Part shown: in pieces, positions 1-13,583 of the stretch | Layout: each line of letters opens with the position of its first letter | Numbering within the stretch: position 1 is the stretch's first letter | DNA from: Octopus bimaculoides | Lineage: Eukaryota | Assembly (NCBI RefSeq): GCF_001194135.2 | Contig: NC_068995.1 | Coordinates: 53,353,740 to 53,417,739, forward strand | DNA length: 64,000 nt | Reading direction: 5' to 3' | Program-made: the position numbers and the translations under genes | Notes under the pieces: generated by a model | What the model was told of the DNA's origin: nothing | Databases searched by the model: none | Seen by the model: only the letters and a program-made list of their open reading frames with translations

Positions 1-1940
1 TATATATATATATATCATCATCATCATCATCGTTTAACGTCCGCTTTCCATGCTAGCATGGGTTGGACGATTTGACTGAGGACTGGTGAAACCGGATGGC
101 AACACCAGGCTCCAATCTAATTTGGCAGAGTTTCTACAGCTGGATGCCCTTCCTAACGCCAACCACTCAGAGAGTGTAGTGGGTGCTTTTACGTGTCACC
201 CGCACGACACAGTGGAACCATGGTTTATGAATTTTATTCTTTCCTGAAGGCTGTCTGCTATCCAAAATGCTCATAAACTGAAACTATTTTTCACATGGGG
301 GAAATTCAAGAAAATGCACAATGAATTCAAACATGGATGTGCACTGAGCAAAAAAGCCAGACATTAACTAATGCTCCCCTGTTAATACCCCCAGTTCATC
401 ATCGACTCTTGTTGCCAGCTTGCATGTCCATTACTCGAGACACTGTTCATCACCCGAAATGTTTCATGTTAAAAAAATTGTTCGTAAACTGATTTCTTTA
501 TTATGAGAGGTGTTTGAAAACTGAGGTGCCACAGTGTACACACACACACACACACACGTTTATGAGAGGCTTCTTTCAGTTTCCTTCTACTAAATTTACT
601 CACGAGGCTTTGATCAACTGCGGCTATAACAGAAGACACATTGTCCAAAATGGGAGCCATGCAGTGGGATTGAACTCCAAGCCATATACTTGGGAGGTGA
701 ACTTCTCAACCAGACAGACATGCTGGTTCTTAGATGTACTCATGAAATAAGCAACACTGTACGTGATTATCATTTATCAGCATAAATATAGATATGACGT
801 TATTAGGCTATTTTCAACCGTGATACACGGCCAAATGACTGAACCAGTCGACAGGGTCGCTATCAGTCATCCTCCTCCAAGCACTTAATAACTTTAGATA
901 ACCTCACACATTGAGATGTTACGTATTGTTATCTGAAAGGTGTGTGAGTTTATTATAGAAATTATGAAATAGGTTTAAATTGAACAACTTTACTGATCAG
1001 AATGCAAGACCTAGTTATCTTAAATTCTGTTGAAAAGTAGAAGTGCGAAATAGGACAGATGAGAACTCTGTCCTGGATATGAAATGCTTCGACACAGCCA
1101 TTTTGGCACGGCTTATTTGGCATTGCTGTTCGATGCTGACTTATTTGACATCAGACATTTTAATGTTTCTCTCGTTTTCTCTCTCTCTCTCTCTCTCTGT
1201 TTATGTGTGTGAGCAGATTTCCCTTTATGTGTATGAGGAAAGGGAAAATGCTTTATGTCTGTCATTTACAATTAATAATTAATAAATTGTAATGTCCATC
1301 TCTGTTGGGTGGTTGGTGTTAGGAAGGGCATCCAGCTGTAAAATCCAAGCCAAGACAAGACACAGAAGTCTGCTGCAGTCTCCTGTCTGGCCAACTCCTG
1401 TCAAACTGTTCAACCCAAAGCAAACATTAAACAATGATGATGATGATGATAGTGATCGTTTTCTCCTTCACTCTATCTCTTTCTCTCCTAGTATCTCTCT
1501 CTCTCTCTCCCTCTTGCTCTGTGTTAATGTGCTTATATGTATCAGCAAATTTCTCTATGATTATGAGGAGAGACAAATGTTTGTGTTGTGTTCAATGTCA
1601 CAGTCTCTGTCTCTCTCTGTATGTGTATATTTCTGCATGCGCATATGTGTGTGTGTGTGTTTGCCTCCAGTGCCAAAAAGTACTGCCACCAAAACCATCT
1701 GAATGTCCAGTCATCTGCACCAAATCATCTCATTCTAATCTGGGACAAGGGACCAAACTGTGATTCTTCCTCTCAAACTGGTTCATATTTTAGTGGCACT
1801 TTATCTGTCTTTACGTTCTGAGTTCAAATTCCACCAACGGCAACTTTACCTTTCATCTTGTTCTGGTCAATAAGTACAAGGTGAGCTCTGGAGTTGGTGC
1901 AATCAACTCAATGTCTACCCTAAAATTATTAGTGTTGTTG

Positions 1941-1998
<58 letters not shown>

Positions 1999-3247
1999 AC
2001 TATTATTATTATTAAGATGGCAAACTGGCAGAATTGTTAGTGAGCTGGACGAAATGCTTAGCGGTATTTCACAAGTCACTATGTGCTGAGTTNNNNNNNN
2101 NNNNNNNNNNNNNNNNNNNNNNNNNNNNNNNNNNNNNNNNNNNNNNNNNNNNNNNNNNNNNNNNNNNNNNNNNNNNNNNNNNNNNNNNNNNNNNNNNNNN
2201 NNNNNNNNNNNNNNNNNNNNNNNNNNNNNNNNNNNNNNNNNNNNNNNNNNNNNNNNNNNNNNNNNNNNNNNNNNNNNNNNNNNNNNNNNNNNNNNNNNNN
2301 NNNNNNNNNNNNNNNNNNNNNNNNNNNNNNNNNNNNNNNNNNNNNNNNNNNNNNNNNNNNNNNNNNNNNNNNNNNNNNNNNNNNNNNNNNNNNNNNNNNN
2401 NNNNNNNNNNNNNNNNNNNNNNNNNNNNNNNNNNNNNNNNNNNNNNNNNNNNNNNNNNNNNNNNNNNNNNNNNNNNNNNNNNNNNNNNNNNNNNNNNNNN
2501 NNNNNNNNNNNNNNNNNNNNNNNNNNNNNNNNNNNNNNNNNNNNNNNNNNNNNNNNNNNNNNNNNNNNNNNNNNNNNNNNNNNNNNNNNNNNNNNNNNNN
2601 NNNNNNNNNNNNNNNNNNNNNNNNNNNNNNNNNNNNNNNNNNNNNNNNNNNNNNNNNNNNNNNNNNATACATGTGTGTGTGTGTGTGTGTATATATGCAT
2701 GTATGTATATATATATATATATCTGTAGCTTCGTCTCAATTATACCTGGAAGAAGGAAATTAGAGAGTAATCTTTCTCATTTCTTGTTTCTTTTGGTTTA
2801 TTTTTTGTTGTATTTTTGTTCTTATTTCTTCACCTACAGACAATGAACTGCACCAACTTACCTTTTACAATATAACAAAACAATCATTAATCACCTGTTT
2901 AAAATCTTTGTTTCTTTTTTTGTCTTTTTTTTTTTTAATGTGTAATGTCTTCTACAGCCCTGCACAGACAACAGATACAAACAACTACCCCCCACTCCCC
3001 CACCTGCATAGTAGTTTGTTGGGATTAAATTGAATGAAAAAGGTCTTCACTTCTTTATTCCTCCTTTCTTTCACTTATTTTTTCTTACTTTGAACCTTTT
3101 TCTTTCCTTCTTTTTTTCTATCTTTCTTACTTCATTGCTTTCTTTCTTTCATTCTTTCTTCCAATAACTTTAACAGGTAAAATATGAAAGCTAAAAGATA
3201 TATATATATATATATATACTCACACACATATATATATATACATATAT

Positions 3248-3316
<69 letters not shown>

Positions 3317-3521
3317 NNNNNNNNNNTGCAGAACTAATGTGGGGTATAGAATATGGAATATACAATATATAATATAATATACAATATATAATATAAAATA
3401 AAATAAAAATGGATGGCACCATGAAATAAAGTATTGAATGTAGATGAAATATTGAGTGTTCAATATAAAGGATCAAATATATAAATATATAAATATAAAT
3501 ATAAATATATATATATAAAAA

Positions 3522-3561
3522 GGCGACTCGAGTTTCAGGGCTATTTCCCTTCGTCATGGCC
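3522..3561 (-). ncRNA. Minimal type I hammerhead-like motif (second family), one-base insertion in core
   Basis: Minus strand reads GGC-C(a)UGACGA-AGGG(aaauag)CCCU-GAA-ACUCGAGU-C-GCC: perfect palindromic helix III, GUC triplet, 3-bp helix I. Confidence 0.6.
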
Positions 3562-3617
3562 GGTATGACAATCTTTTATATATATATATATACATACATA
3601 CATACATATATATATAT

Positions 3618-3650
<33 letters not shown>

Positions 3651-3771
3651 TATATAGGCATATATTTAATCATACATACATACACACATATCCACATCTA
3701 CTCACACATTTCTACATATGTGTGCATATATATATATAAGGATATCTTCATCCACTTATACATTCTTATAT

Positions 3772-3812
<41 letters not shown>

Positions 3813-4858
3813 GCACATGCATACACTCATGTATATACACACATGCATACACACACATGCACATACACACCTACATACATAGGCACAGGTATTTATAAGT
3901 ACACTTATGTATATATATGTATAGACAAATGTTAACACAAGATATTTTATTTTGTAGAACAGTATTTGAAGAGGTGATAATAGTTCTTGAAGACTGATTG
4001 TCTACAAAACAACAAAGTACACTAGATAAATACTTAATTATGTCTCAATTTAGCCATTAACGAAACATCTGCCAAGTTTGAATTCAGAAAACGAAACAAT
4101 AAAAAAACAAAGAACCGAAAAAACCCCCCATTAAAACTAAGAAGTAAAAATGGACATTGGAGAAGCAAATTGGTTGAGAAGTAATTGTCAGGAATGATTA
4201 CAGAGTTCTGTGTTCTTCATTTGTAGAAACAACAAAGAATTCTGTTATTATTTGTTGAAATAACAAGTAAAGAACAATGAGTCAAAAATAGGTCCATACA
4301 GTTTATATCAGTTCACACCGAGAATCAATAAGAAAGGCCATTATGATGCAAAGCAGTGTAGCCTTTTAAGGCTGTTGGTGCCAACAAGAACCAAAATTAC
4401 AACAACAAAACAACAACAATGGGCAAATGAATGAACCTCTATATCAGTCATAGGCAAAATGTGACCCACAAGACTTTTGAATGGCATGTCTAATAAAAGG
4501 GGACAGCTCCGGTCAAACTGTCCCACCCATGCCAACATGGAGGGTGGACATTAAACGATGATAATGATGACAATGTTGATATATATGTATAAATACACAG
4601 CCACACACACACACACATGTATATATGTATGTATGTATATTTGTATGTACATATGTATGTATTTATATATGTATGTACATACATATGTATATATGTATAT
4701 ATTTATGCATTTATGTTTGCAAGTATAATTATATATGCATATTTCTCTTTCTTACATTTAGCGACCTTAGAAACATTTTCATTTTTGTAAACATTAATTC
4801 ATTTGCATACATTATACATTATACACATGCATCATGTATATATATTGCTTTCTTGCAG

Positions 4859-5027
4859 TCTGTGGCCATAGTATGGAGCAGTCCACTACCACCATGGGGA
4901 CCTGTATCACACAGTCAATGATGAGGTGTTTCTATCCAGCTTACCAGACTATGAAACAGCAGTACCATCGTCTCAGACGAACTTCTCACCTGCAATTCAA
5001 CAAACAAGATTTTGATAATATGTGCGA
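4859..5027 (+). CDS. Gene 1 exon A1 (VCGHSMEQ...QDFDNMCE), phase 1 to 2
   Basis: Acceptor ttcttgcag at 4857-58; donor GA|gtaagt at 5028; 169 nt. Confidence 0.85.
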
Positions 5028-7308
5028 GTAAGTTTTTCATCTTTTAATCTTTTCAATTAATTCTTTAATCATATACGCAAAAAAAAAATCAAATCAAATG
5101 AAAACAAACAACAAAAAACAATAAATTGAAATAATTGTAATAATTTTTGAGAAAAAAAAAATATATATTTGTTTTAATATCCGGGTTAATAAACATGGTG
5201 GTGAGCTAGCAGAATTGTTAGCGTGCCGGTTGAAACGCTTGGCAGAATTTCATCTGTCTTTACGTTCTGAGTTCAAATTCCACCAGGGTCGACTTTACAT
5301 ATCATTCTTCAGGGGTTGATAAAATAAATACCAGTTGGGTACTGGAGTTGATGTAATTGACTCACCCAATAATTTCTGGCCTTGTGCCAAAATTTGAAAC
5401 CAATATTATGACTTTGCCTTTCATCTTTTTGGAGTCAATAAATTAAGTACCTGTTGTGTACTGGGGGTTGACCTAATCAATTGGCATCTTCCGCCAAAAT
5501 CTTGGGCTTTGTGTCTAGAGTAGAGAAGAATATATATATATAAATATATATTTATATATATGGAGTGGCTGTGTGGTAAGAAGCTTGCTTACCAACCACA
5601 TGGTCCTTGGTTCAGTCCCACTGCATGGCAACTTGGGCAAGTGTCTTCTACTATAGCCCCAAACCAACCAAACCTTGTGAGTGGATTTGGTAGACAGAAA
5701 CTGAAAGAAACCCATCGTGCATGTGTGTGTGTTTGTCCCTACCATTGCTTGACAACCAATGTTGGTGTGCTTACGTTCCCCATAACTTAGCCTCATTCGC
5801 CATACTCATCAAACCTCTCGCCTACCGACTACCACTTTTTCAAGTATCTCGATAACTTCCTGCGTGAGAAATGCTTCAAAAACCAAGACGATGCCAAACA
5901 CGCCTTCAATGACTTCATTGCCACCAGAATGCAGGATTTTGATGCTACTGGCATAAATAAACTTGTTTCGCATTGGCAAAGGTGTGTTGATTCTGATAGT
6001 GTTTATTTCAAGTAATAAAGTTTTGCTTGAGCCGAGATATGTACATCTGAATTTAAGGGTTAAAAACAGCAAGAACTTTCTTGACAAACTAATAATTTCA
6101 AAATTAAAACTACCATTCAAAGCATTAAAAGAATATTTTTGCAATGTCTTAATGTAGGGTCTTGCAGACTGATATTGTATATTGTATGGACAAAATTGAA
6201 GATTCTTGTGGTCAGACAACAAGACAGAGTGCTTTGAAACAGCTGAACACAAGCTTTCATTACTTCTGCTACAATGGATGGAAAGGTATTTATGCCAATG
6301 AGCAAGATCTCAAGATTTGCTTTTTTCAGTCTTATCTAACTAATCCATACTTGCTGTCTAATAACTTTGATGATATGTGCATCCACACACACACACACGT
6401 GGTCTGCATCAGCAAGACGAATATTATAAATTAAAAATGATACAAAGAGTCCAATCAACCTGCAGTGAAGAATGGAAAATCCGACGTTTCAGACAGAGTC
6501 CCTCTTCAGAGAAAAGTTGAAAGGAGAGAAATTAATGAGAGACAGTAAAGTCTTTTTTTAACGATGCTGTGTCCCATTAATTCCTCTCCTTTCAACTTTT
6601 ATTTGAAGAATTCTATCCAAAACTATGTATGTTTATGAAATCTAAGTATTTACCATAGCTTCCTGACAAGATGTGATTGTCTTAGTAAGTTTTCATTTTG
6701 AGAAAGAATGAGTAGGAAATACTGACAATATGAAATTTTATAAGAGAAGTTTTAACAATGTAAAGAATTTTTCCCAGTCAGTTTCTCTCTCTCTTTCTTT
6801 CTCTCTTTCTTCCTCTCCCTTTCCCTTACATCCGCTTCCCTACCTCTCTCTCTCTCTCTCTTGTTCTTTCTTCCATAAAGCAAATGACATTTATTTTAAC
6901 CAATTGACATTTTGATCCCAAAGGTCTCAGACACAAAAATGTAACTTCAGGCCAGAAAACAAAATGAATTTAAACAACAGACAGCAAAGCCAAGAATTTT
7001 CTTTTTTGCCAATCAACTGTTACAGATGAATGATTCTGGAGACCTTGAAGCACAATTGGGAAGCTTACTCATCAAGGTGATATAAATAATGAAGATATAT
7101 ACACAAACCCTCAATCAATGAATATAAATTATCCAGGGACTTTATTGGTGCAAGTGTGACCATGTGATGAGATATTTGCTTCCCAACCACGTGGTTCTGG
7201 GTTCAGTCCTGTTATGTGGCACAAGTGTCGTCTACTATATCCCTGGGTTGACCGAAGCCTAGTGAATGAATTTGGTAGATGGAAACTGAAAGATGCCCAT
7301 GGTGTGTG

Positions 7309-7346
<38 letters not shown>

Positions 7347-7589
7347 GTGCATATGTGCATTTGTGTTTCCATCCACCACTGCCATTTGACATTTGGTGTT
7401 GGTTTGTTGACATCTTCATAGTTTTGAAGTTTAGTAAAAGTGACCAGTAAAATAAGCACAAGGGTTTTGAAAATTGGGTACAGGGGTTGATTCATTTGGC
7501 TAAAGTCTTTCAAAGCAGTGCTCCAGCATGGCCACAGTCCAATGACTGAAACAAGTAAAAGAAGACAGAAGATAAACAATAAAAGGTTA

Positions 7590-7622
<33 letters not shown>

Positions 7623-10600
7623 TTCTATGTGTTTTTATAGTAGCTTACTGTTATGTTTTTTAATTCCTGTAGTTTTCTCATCTTTAACAATTATGCATGT
7701 CTGTTGCAAGATCTGTAATCAGGTAAGAATGAGACTCTTGTTGATTGGTGTGGAATACTCTGTAACAAAACAAAAAAAAAACAAAACAAAAAAAGTGTAA
7801 ATTAACAACAAGATATAAAATGGAGTTTAATGATCCAATTCATTAATCAATCCATCATTCCATCAACAGTTCTGATAAATAATTGAATATAATAATATTG
7901 AATCATGATGTTTTTTTTGATAACCATGTTTATATATATTTTTTTTTTTTACAATTATTGTCTTCAACACCTGTTTCCTTCCTGATACTTTGGAGTTTTT
8001 GTGTGTGGTGCACACATCCACATGTTGTTGACTTGCCAATTTCCCCTTCTCACAGTACCGAGTCAACAACTTGTGGATGTGTACAAAACAGACTCATTGC
8101 AACATATGAAGTGGTAGGAACCAAAAGAGAGGAAACAAAGAATTTTCCTCACCCAAAAAAAAAAAAAAAAAAGCGTACAGGTACAGATTCAGAGGAAGAA
8201 TTTCATTTGCTAAACTTGATTTTGATTATTGTTTACATAATTAAATAAACAAAAATCTTGTATATCAATATTTATTGTATAATAAAGCTGGCAGAATTGT
8301 TAGCAAGCTGGCAGAATTGTTAGCAAGCTGACAGAATTGTTAGCAAGCTGGCAGAATTGTTAGTAAGCTGGCAGAATTGTTAGTAAACTGGCAGAATTGT
8401 TAATGAGCTGACAGAATTGTTAGTAAACTGGCAGAATTGTTAGCAAGCTGGCAGAATTGTTAGCAAAACCCTGCCTTTGTTTCAATTAATTTTGAAAATA
8501 ATTAAGAATTTAATAAAGCAAAATTGCCATTTTTAAATTGATATTTGGAACATAAATTAACAAGAAACTTTTATGAAATGTTTAAATTTACATCACTTTA
8601 AAGCATGAAATTTGCATCATAAAACCAAGGAAGTTCTCAGGCAGGTTGGTCACGAAAGGGTTAAACCTGATTCAGTTTCTCATTCCCAGTTTTGCTATTC
8701 AGTCCTGTGTTTTCTCATCCATTTTTCTATTGTCTGGTTTGTTTTCTTCCTTTTGTTTGCTGCGTTTGTTCTGTCTGTTTTCTTTTTCTTTTTTTCTATT
8801 CTACTCTCCTCACCAAACTTGTAGATTACCAGAAATTCCAGAAATGCTTCAAATCAGACAAGAACAATGTCCAAGAGAAAATAAGGCACTGCTACACAAC
8901 TTCAGATCTGAATCACAGAAATTTCTTTGAACATGAGTATGAATATTTCAATCGTGACTTCTTTTATAACTATCCAAACTCTTACAATTGGCAGGGATAT
9001 TTTAAGGACGATCCTAACAGGCAAGGTGATGGTCAAGTTCATGACCAAGGTCAAGGCTATCAGTCTGACCAAGCATTGCAACCTGATGCGCCTTTCTCTG
9101 AGACTGGCGCAGGTGGACTCCAAGCTGATGCAACTGCTCCTACTAAAACGGAAACTGCCACTTCTGCGGCCAAAAAGGATGGTATTAAAAATGAAAGCAA
9201 CAATGATGATGATGATGATGTCAACATGAACGAGTGGCTGCGTAACTTTGGAAATGGCTTTGACCAAAATCGCAACTATGATCACAACCGCAACCGTGAC
9301 TACTGGGCGAACAAATATGACAGGCATAACAGACACAACTATTACGATAACAATCGCCGTAACAACTACGATGGCAACAGACGTTGGTATGACAACAGTT
9401 ACTATGGCAATGACGATAACTATTACAACAAGAAATACAACCATGATGGCTGGCAGAATAGTCACTCACAAAGATCAGACCTTTTCAGCAATGACTACTA
9501 TAATCAGAACTTCGAGCGACTGAACCGAGAAACTCGAGAAGAACCTGGCAAGAAACAACCCCAGCCTGAAGCGGAGAAACTAAAACCTGACATCCATGGC
9601 AGTTATGAACAAGACAAGGACTGGGGGAATAACAGGAATACACCATTCTATAATAACTACTATCGGAACAACTATTATGATCGGAACAGGTTCTATGACC
9701 AAAACTATGATTATGATGGTCGTAACTACGGTTACAATTACTATAATTCCAATGAACGTAAACCAGATTACTGGGCGTTTTATAACTATGATGTAAGATA
9801 TCGCACAGACATTTGCAGGTAAGTGTTTCTTATACATTCTGTTCTTTAGTTACTATTATCATTAGATGCAGACATGGCTGTGTGCTTGAGAAGCTCTCTT
9901 TGCAACCAAGTGGGCTCAGGTTCAGTTCCACTGCATGGTACCTTGTGAAAGTGTCTTCTACTGTAGCCGTAGGCTCAACAATGCCTTGTGGGTGAATTTG
10001 ATAGACAGAAACTATATGGAAGCCTGTCATGTATATATATATATCAAATAAAGGTGCTGTAAAATACAACACACAATCATGGCATTTGTTGCAAAACACT
10101 GATGAGGTGAAATGCAACATTATATAACGATTCAAAAACTGTTGTGTAATTATGACAGTAATTTGTTGAAATGTGTGTATGGTATATAAAACATTGAATA
10201 GTACCTATGTTCTATATGTTATTGTGTGTGTGTGTGTGTTTGTATATACTCCCTTCACCTCTTGATACTCAATGTTGGTTTGTTTACATCAACATAACTT
10301 AGCAGTTTGACAAAAGTGATTCATAAAATAAGTACTACACTTTGAAAAATAAATACTGGGGGTCGTCAATTTGTTTGACTTGACCCTTTAAGGTCAAGCA
10401 ATGGCTGCTGTCCGGTGACTGAAACAAGTAAAGAAAAAAAAAAAAATTAATTCATTTAACAATTTATAATTCCAAAGTTTCATTTTTGTTTTCTTTTACC
10501 TTTATTTACAGCGGAATGTCAAAGATGAGAGACTGCTCTCATGAAATGAAGAAAGTCTGCAACCAGGAATCAGATAATTTTATGTATAATCTTAACAACA

Positions 10601-11208
10601 TGATCTATCAATTTGGACGTCTTTTTATGAACTGTGATATGTCAGCTGAATCTGCAGGTACATAAGTGTGTAATTCCAATCATAAAAACTCTAATTTTAG
10701 ACACAAACCTACATCTTCTGAAGACATATTCTCTCAAAATTTATAAATTCTTATGATGTCAACACCGTACAGTTCTCGCTGGTAAGAATAAAGTTTCTAA
10801 AATGGATAGAAAAATTCAAAGGATTGCTTTGGTACAATGGGAGTATGCTTGTCATGTTTACAAGAGATGTAAGTTTGAGTCCCATAAGCAGCCTACGAAT
10901 TTTTTATTATCAAAAAGGGGTTTTTAACCCAATATTTATGCACTATTATTCATAGTGTTACTGCTTCAAGATCCACCATTTCAAAAAAAAAAAAATGAAG
11001 AATAATTTCATATTCTTGTGAAGCATATATATGTATATATATGCACATATATATATATGTATATCACGAAACTCTCAGACCCTGAGTCACTCTGTTGCTT
11101 CTGCTAAATATTAATAAAAATATACATATACTCATATTTTGAGTTCTATTTTTCCTCTTCGCATCACCATACCGGTACATAAAAACATACATACATATAT
11201 AAATATAC

Positions 11209-11257
<49 letters not shown>

Positions 11258-13540
11258 CAAAATAAGCAACAGGATATCAAGTAGTAATGCAGTACGACCG
11301 TTTCAAGTGATACCAATATCTACCATGACTATAATTTTACTTGCCTTGACGAGTCTTCTTCTTATATAATTATATATGTATATATTCATACATTCATTCG
11401 TGCACATATATGCATACATATAACAGATATAACATGTATATGTGTATGTATTTATATATATGTATGTATGCATGTATGTATATATATGTATGAATGTATG
11501 TATATATGTATGTACGTACGTACGTATGTATATATATGTATGAATGTATGTATGTATGTATGTATGTATGTGTGTATGTATATATGCATGTATGTATGTG
11601 CAGTTTTGTATGTTTTATGTATGTATTCTCATGCATATAGTTGCATATCTAGACATGCTCATATATATTTAAATGATAAACTTCTGGAAAGTTTTACAGA
11701 CTTTTACAGTTCCAGTGATGGATTGGATCTGTAGTCTTCGAATCAGCTTTCTCCTTTCTGGTTTTGGACGATTTGACTAAGGCTCCAATAAGTGTGTGTG
11801 TATGTGTACTACATTTTGTTTTTTACTGATAATCTATTTTCAATGTTATCTGTGTGTTATGACTTTTCAACCTTATCATGACACATGTCAATGAATGAAC
11901 AATGCTTCTGCATGTGACAACAACAAAAAAAAAAAAACCAGAAAAAAAAACCCTCTGTGGTCTTGGTTTGTCANNNNNNNNNNAAAAAAAAAAAAAAAAA
12001 AAACAGAAAAAAAAACCCTCTGTGGTCTTGGTTTGTCAGAAATTTGACTCATTCTCTACAGCATCCGACTCTCATAGCCTGGTGGGACTCCACAAATTCG
12101 AATCCCCCATTTTATGCAAATGTAATTATTTTCTTGCATTTATTTTAATTTTTGTACTTTTCTCAAATTACAAAGTGGTTTTAAATGGTTCTCCTGGACT
12201 AGTTGGGTTTTATAAAAAAACACAACTTTTTTACCTAAGTTTTAACATCATCTCCTTCGAAGTAGTCACCTTACACAGCAAAACACCAGTCTCGGCCTTC
12301 CTGTGACTTTTGGAATCTGACCTGGAAGTTGTTTGGTCTAAGCAACTAGAGGACCTTCTGCTTTGGATTGATAATGGTATTAAAACAGCGACCTTTGAGC
12401 TGTGTTTTCCTCTGGGGGAAGAGATGGAAATCCACAGGTGGTAAATCTGGTGATTAGGGCAGGTGGAGAAGCAATACCATGTTGTTTTTGGTGAAAAACA
12501 CATAAATGGTGACATAGCTTGGTGACAGGGTAGGTAGTCGTCATGAAGAATCCAGTTCTTTGTGCTCCACAGATCCGGATGCTTTTGCTAAATGTTCTCC
12601 CTCAAATGCTTCAAAACATCATTGATTGTTCTCTGATGATATTCATGCACAAACTGATGAATTTTCTCCACATTTCCAGGGGTGACACTTGTAGCAAGTC
12701 TTCCAGATCACTCATCACCTTCCAGGGATGCTCTTCCGCTTTTGAAGTGCTCATGCCACTCAAAACATTGCAGACAACTCATAGTCTCATTGAGGTAGAT
12801 TTGTTAATTTGCCAGATGCCAATCTTTGTTTCAGTGCAAGGTAATATTTTGTCATGGTCAGACCTGATTTCACAGAAAACAGGTCACAAGTAACACCACA
12901 TGTATGACAATGACACTAATCTTATATCTGTTACATGATGTCAAGATAAGGTGATAAAAATACGCATACATGTACATGCACACAGCTACACAGACACACA
13001 CACATACACACCACACACACACACGTGTGTGCACAGACACAGACACATACATGCAGAGACACACACACACATACAAACCATAAAAAATCAGCAGATATGA
13101 GAGCTGACTATATTTATTTAACCACTTGTCATCCTTAGGATTACAGCTGTTCCACAGCTTCCATTGTGTAGCAATAATTTCAGTGTATAATAAATTATTT
13201 CATATGTCTGCACTACTATGGATGCTACACATTATTGAATACAACTGAAAATTTATAAATCAGAGCAGATGAAGGAAGCTAGCTCAACAGATCACTAGAA
13301 TATCATAGTTATTTGACAAATGGTTATATTTTCCTCATGAAATATTTTCATCGATTGGATCTCCTGGATTTCAGCAGCATAGAACTCTACATTATGCTCC
13401 TCTGTACTGGATCACTCTGTGGTCTGTTAACCAGGTCTGTCAGAGGAGCTTTCTGTGACAGCCACATGATTCTATAGATTCATATATTACACTGCAAATT
13501 AATTCATACAATATATATATATATATATATATACATACAT

Positions 13541-13583
<43 letters not shown>

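Noticed and set aside
7026-7076. 51-nt AG/GT-bounded candidate exon in gene 1
   Set aside because: In the required phase it reads D-E-stop, the donor is weak, and 6285 joins 8825 cleanly without it.
7673-7722. 50-nt candidate exon with strong donor CAG|gtaaga
   Set aside because: Inclusion would shift the frame of the following exon; at most a cryptic or poison exon, no support.
8285-8464. CRISPR array
   Set aside because: Units are contiguous with no unique spacers, no cas genes, eukaryotic context.
8825-9818. Calling the Tyr/Asn/Asp/Arg-rich exon a reflectin
   Set aside because: Almost no Met, no repeated (M/F)D-x5-MD motif, and it is embedded in a Cys-rich multi-exon protein; the resemblance is compositional only.
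8902-9837. Antisense and alternative-frame ORFs (8902-9465, 9248-9523, 9580-9837)
   Set aside because: Shadows of the low-complexity AAC/GAC/TAC-rich coding exon.
11288-11357. Hammerhead-like half motif on minus strand (GAAACGGUCGUA)
   Set aside because: No CUGANGA at the required position.
11943-12035. Direct repeat aaaaaaaccctctgtggtcttggtttgtca either side of 10 N
   Set aside because: Typical contig-end overlap around a small gap; likely an assembly artefact.
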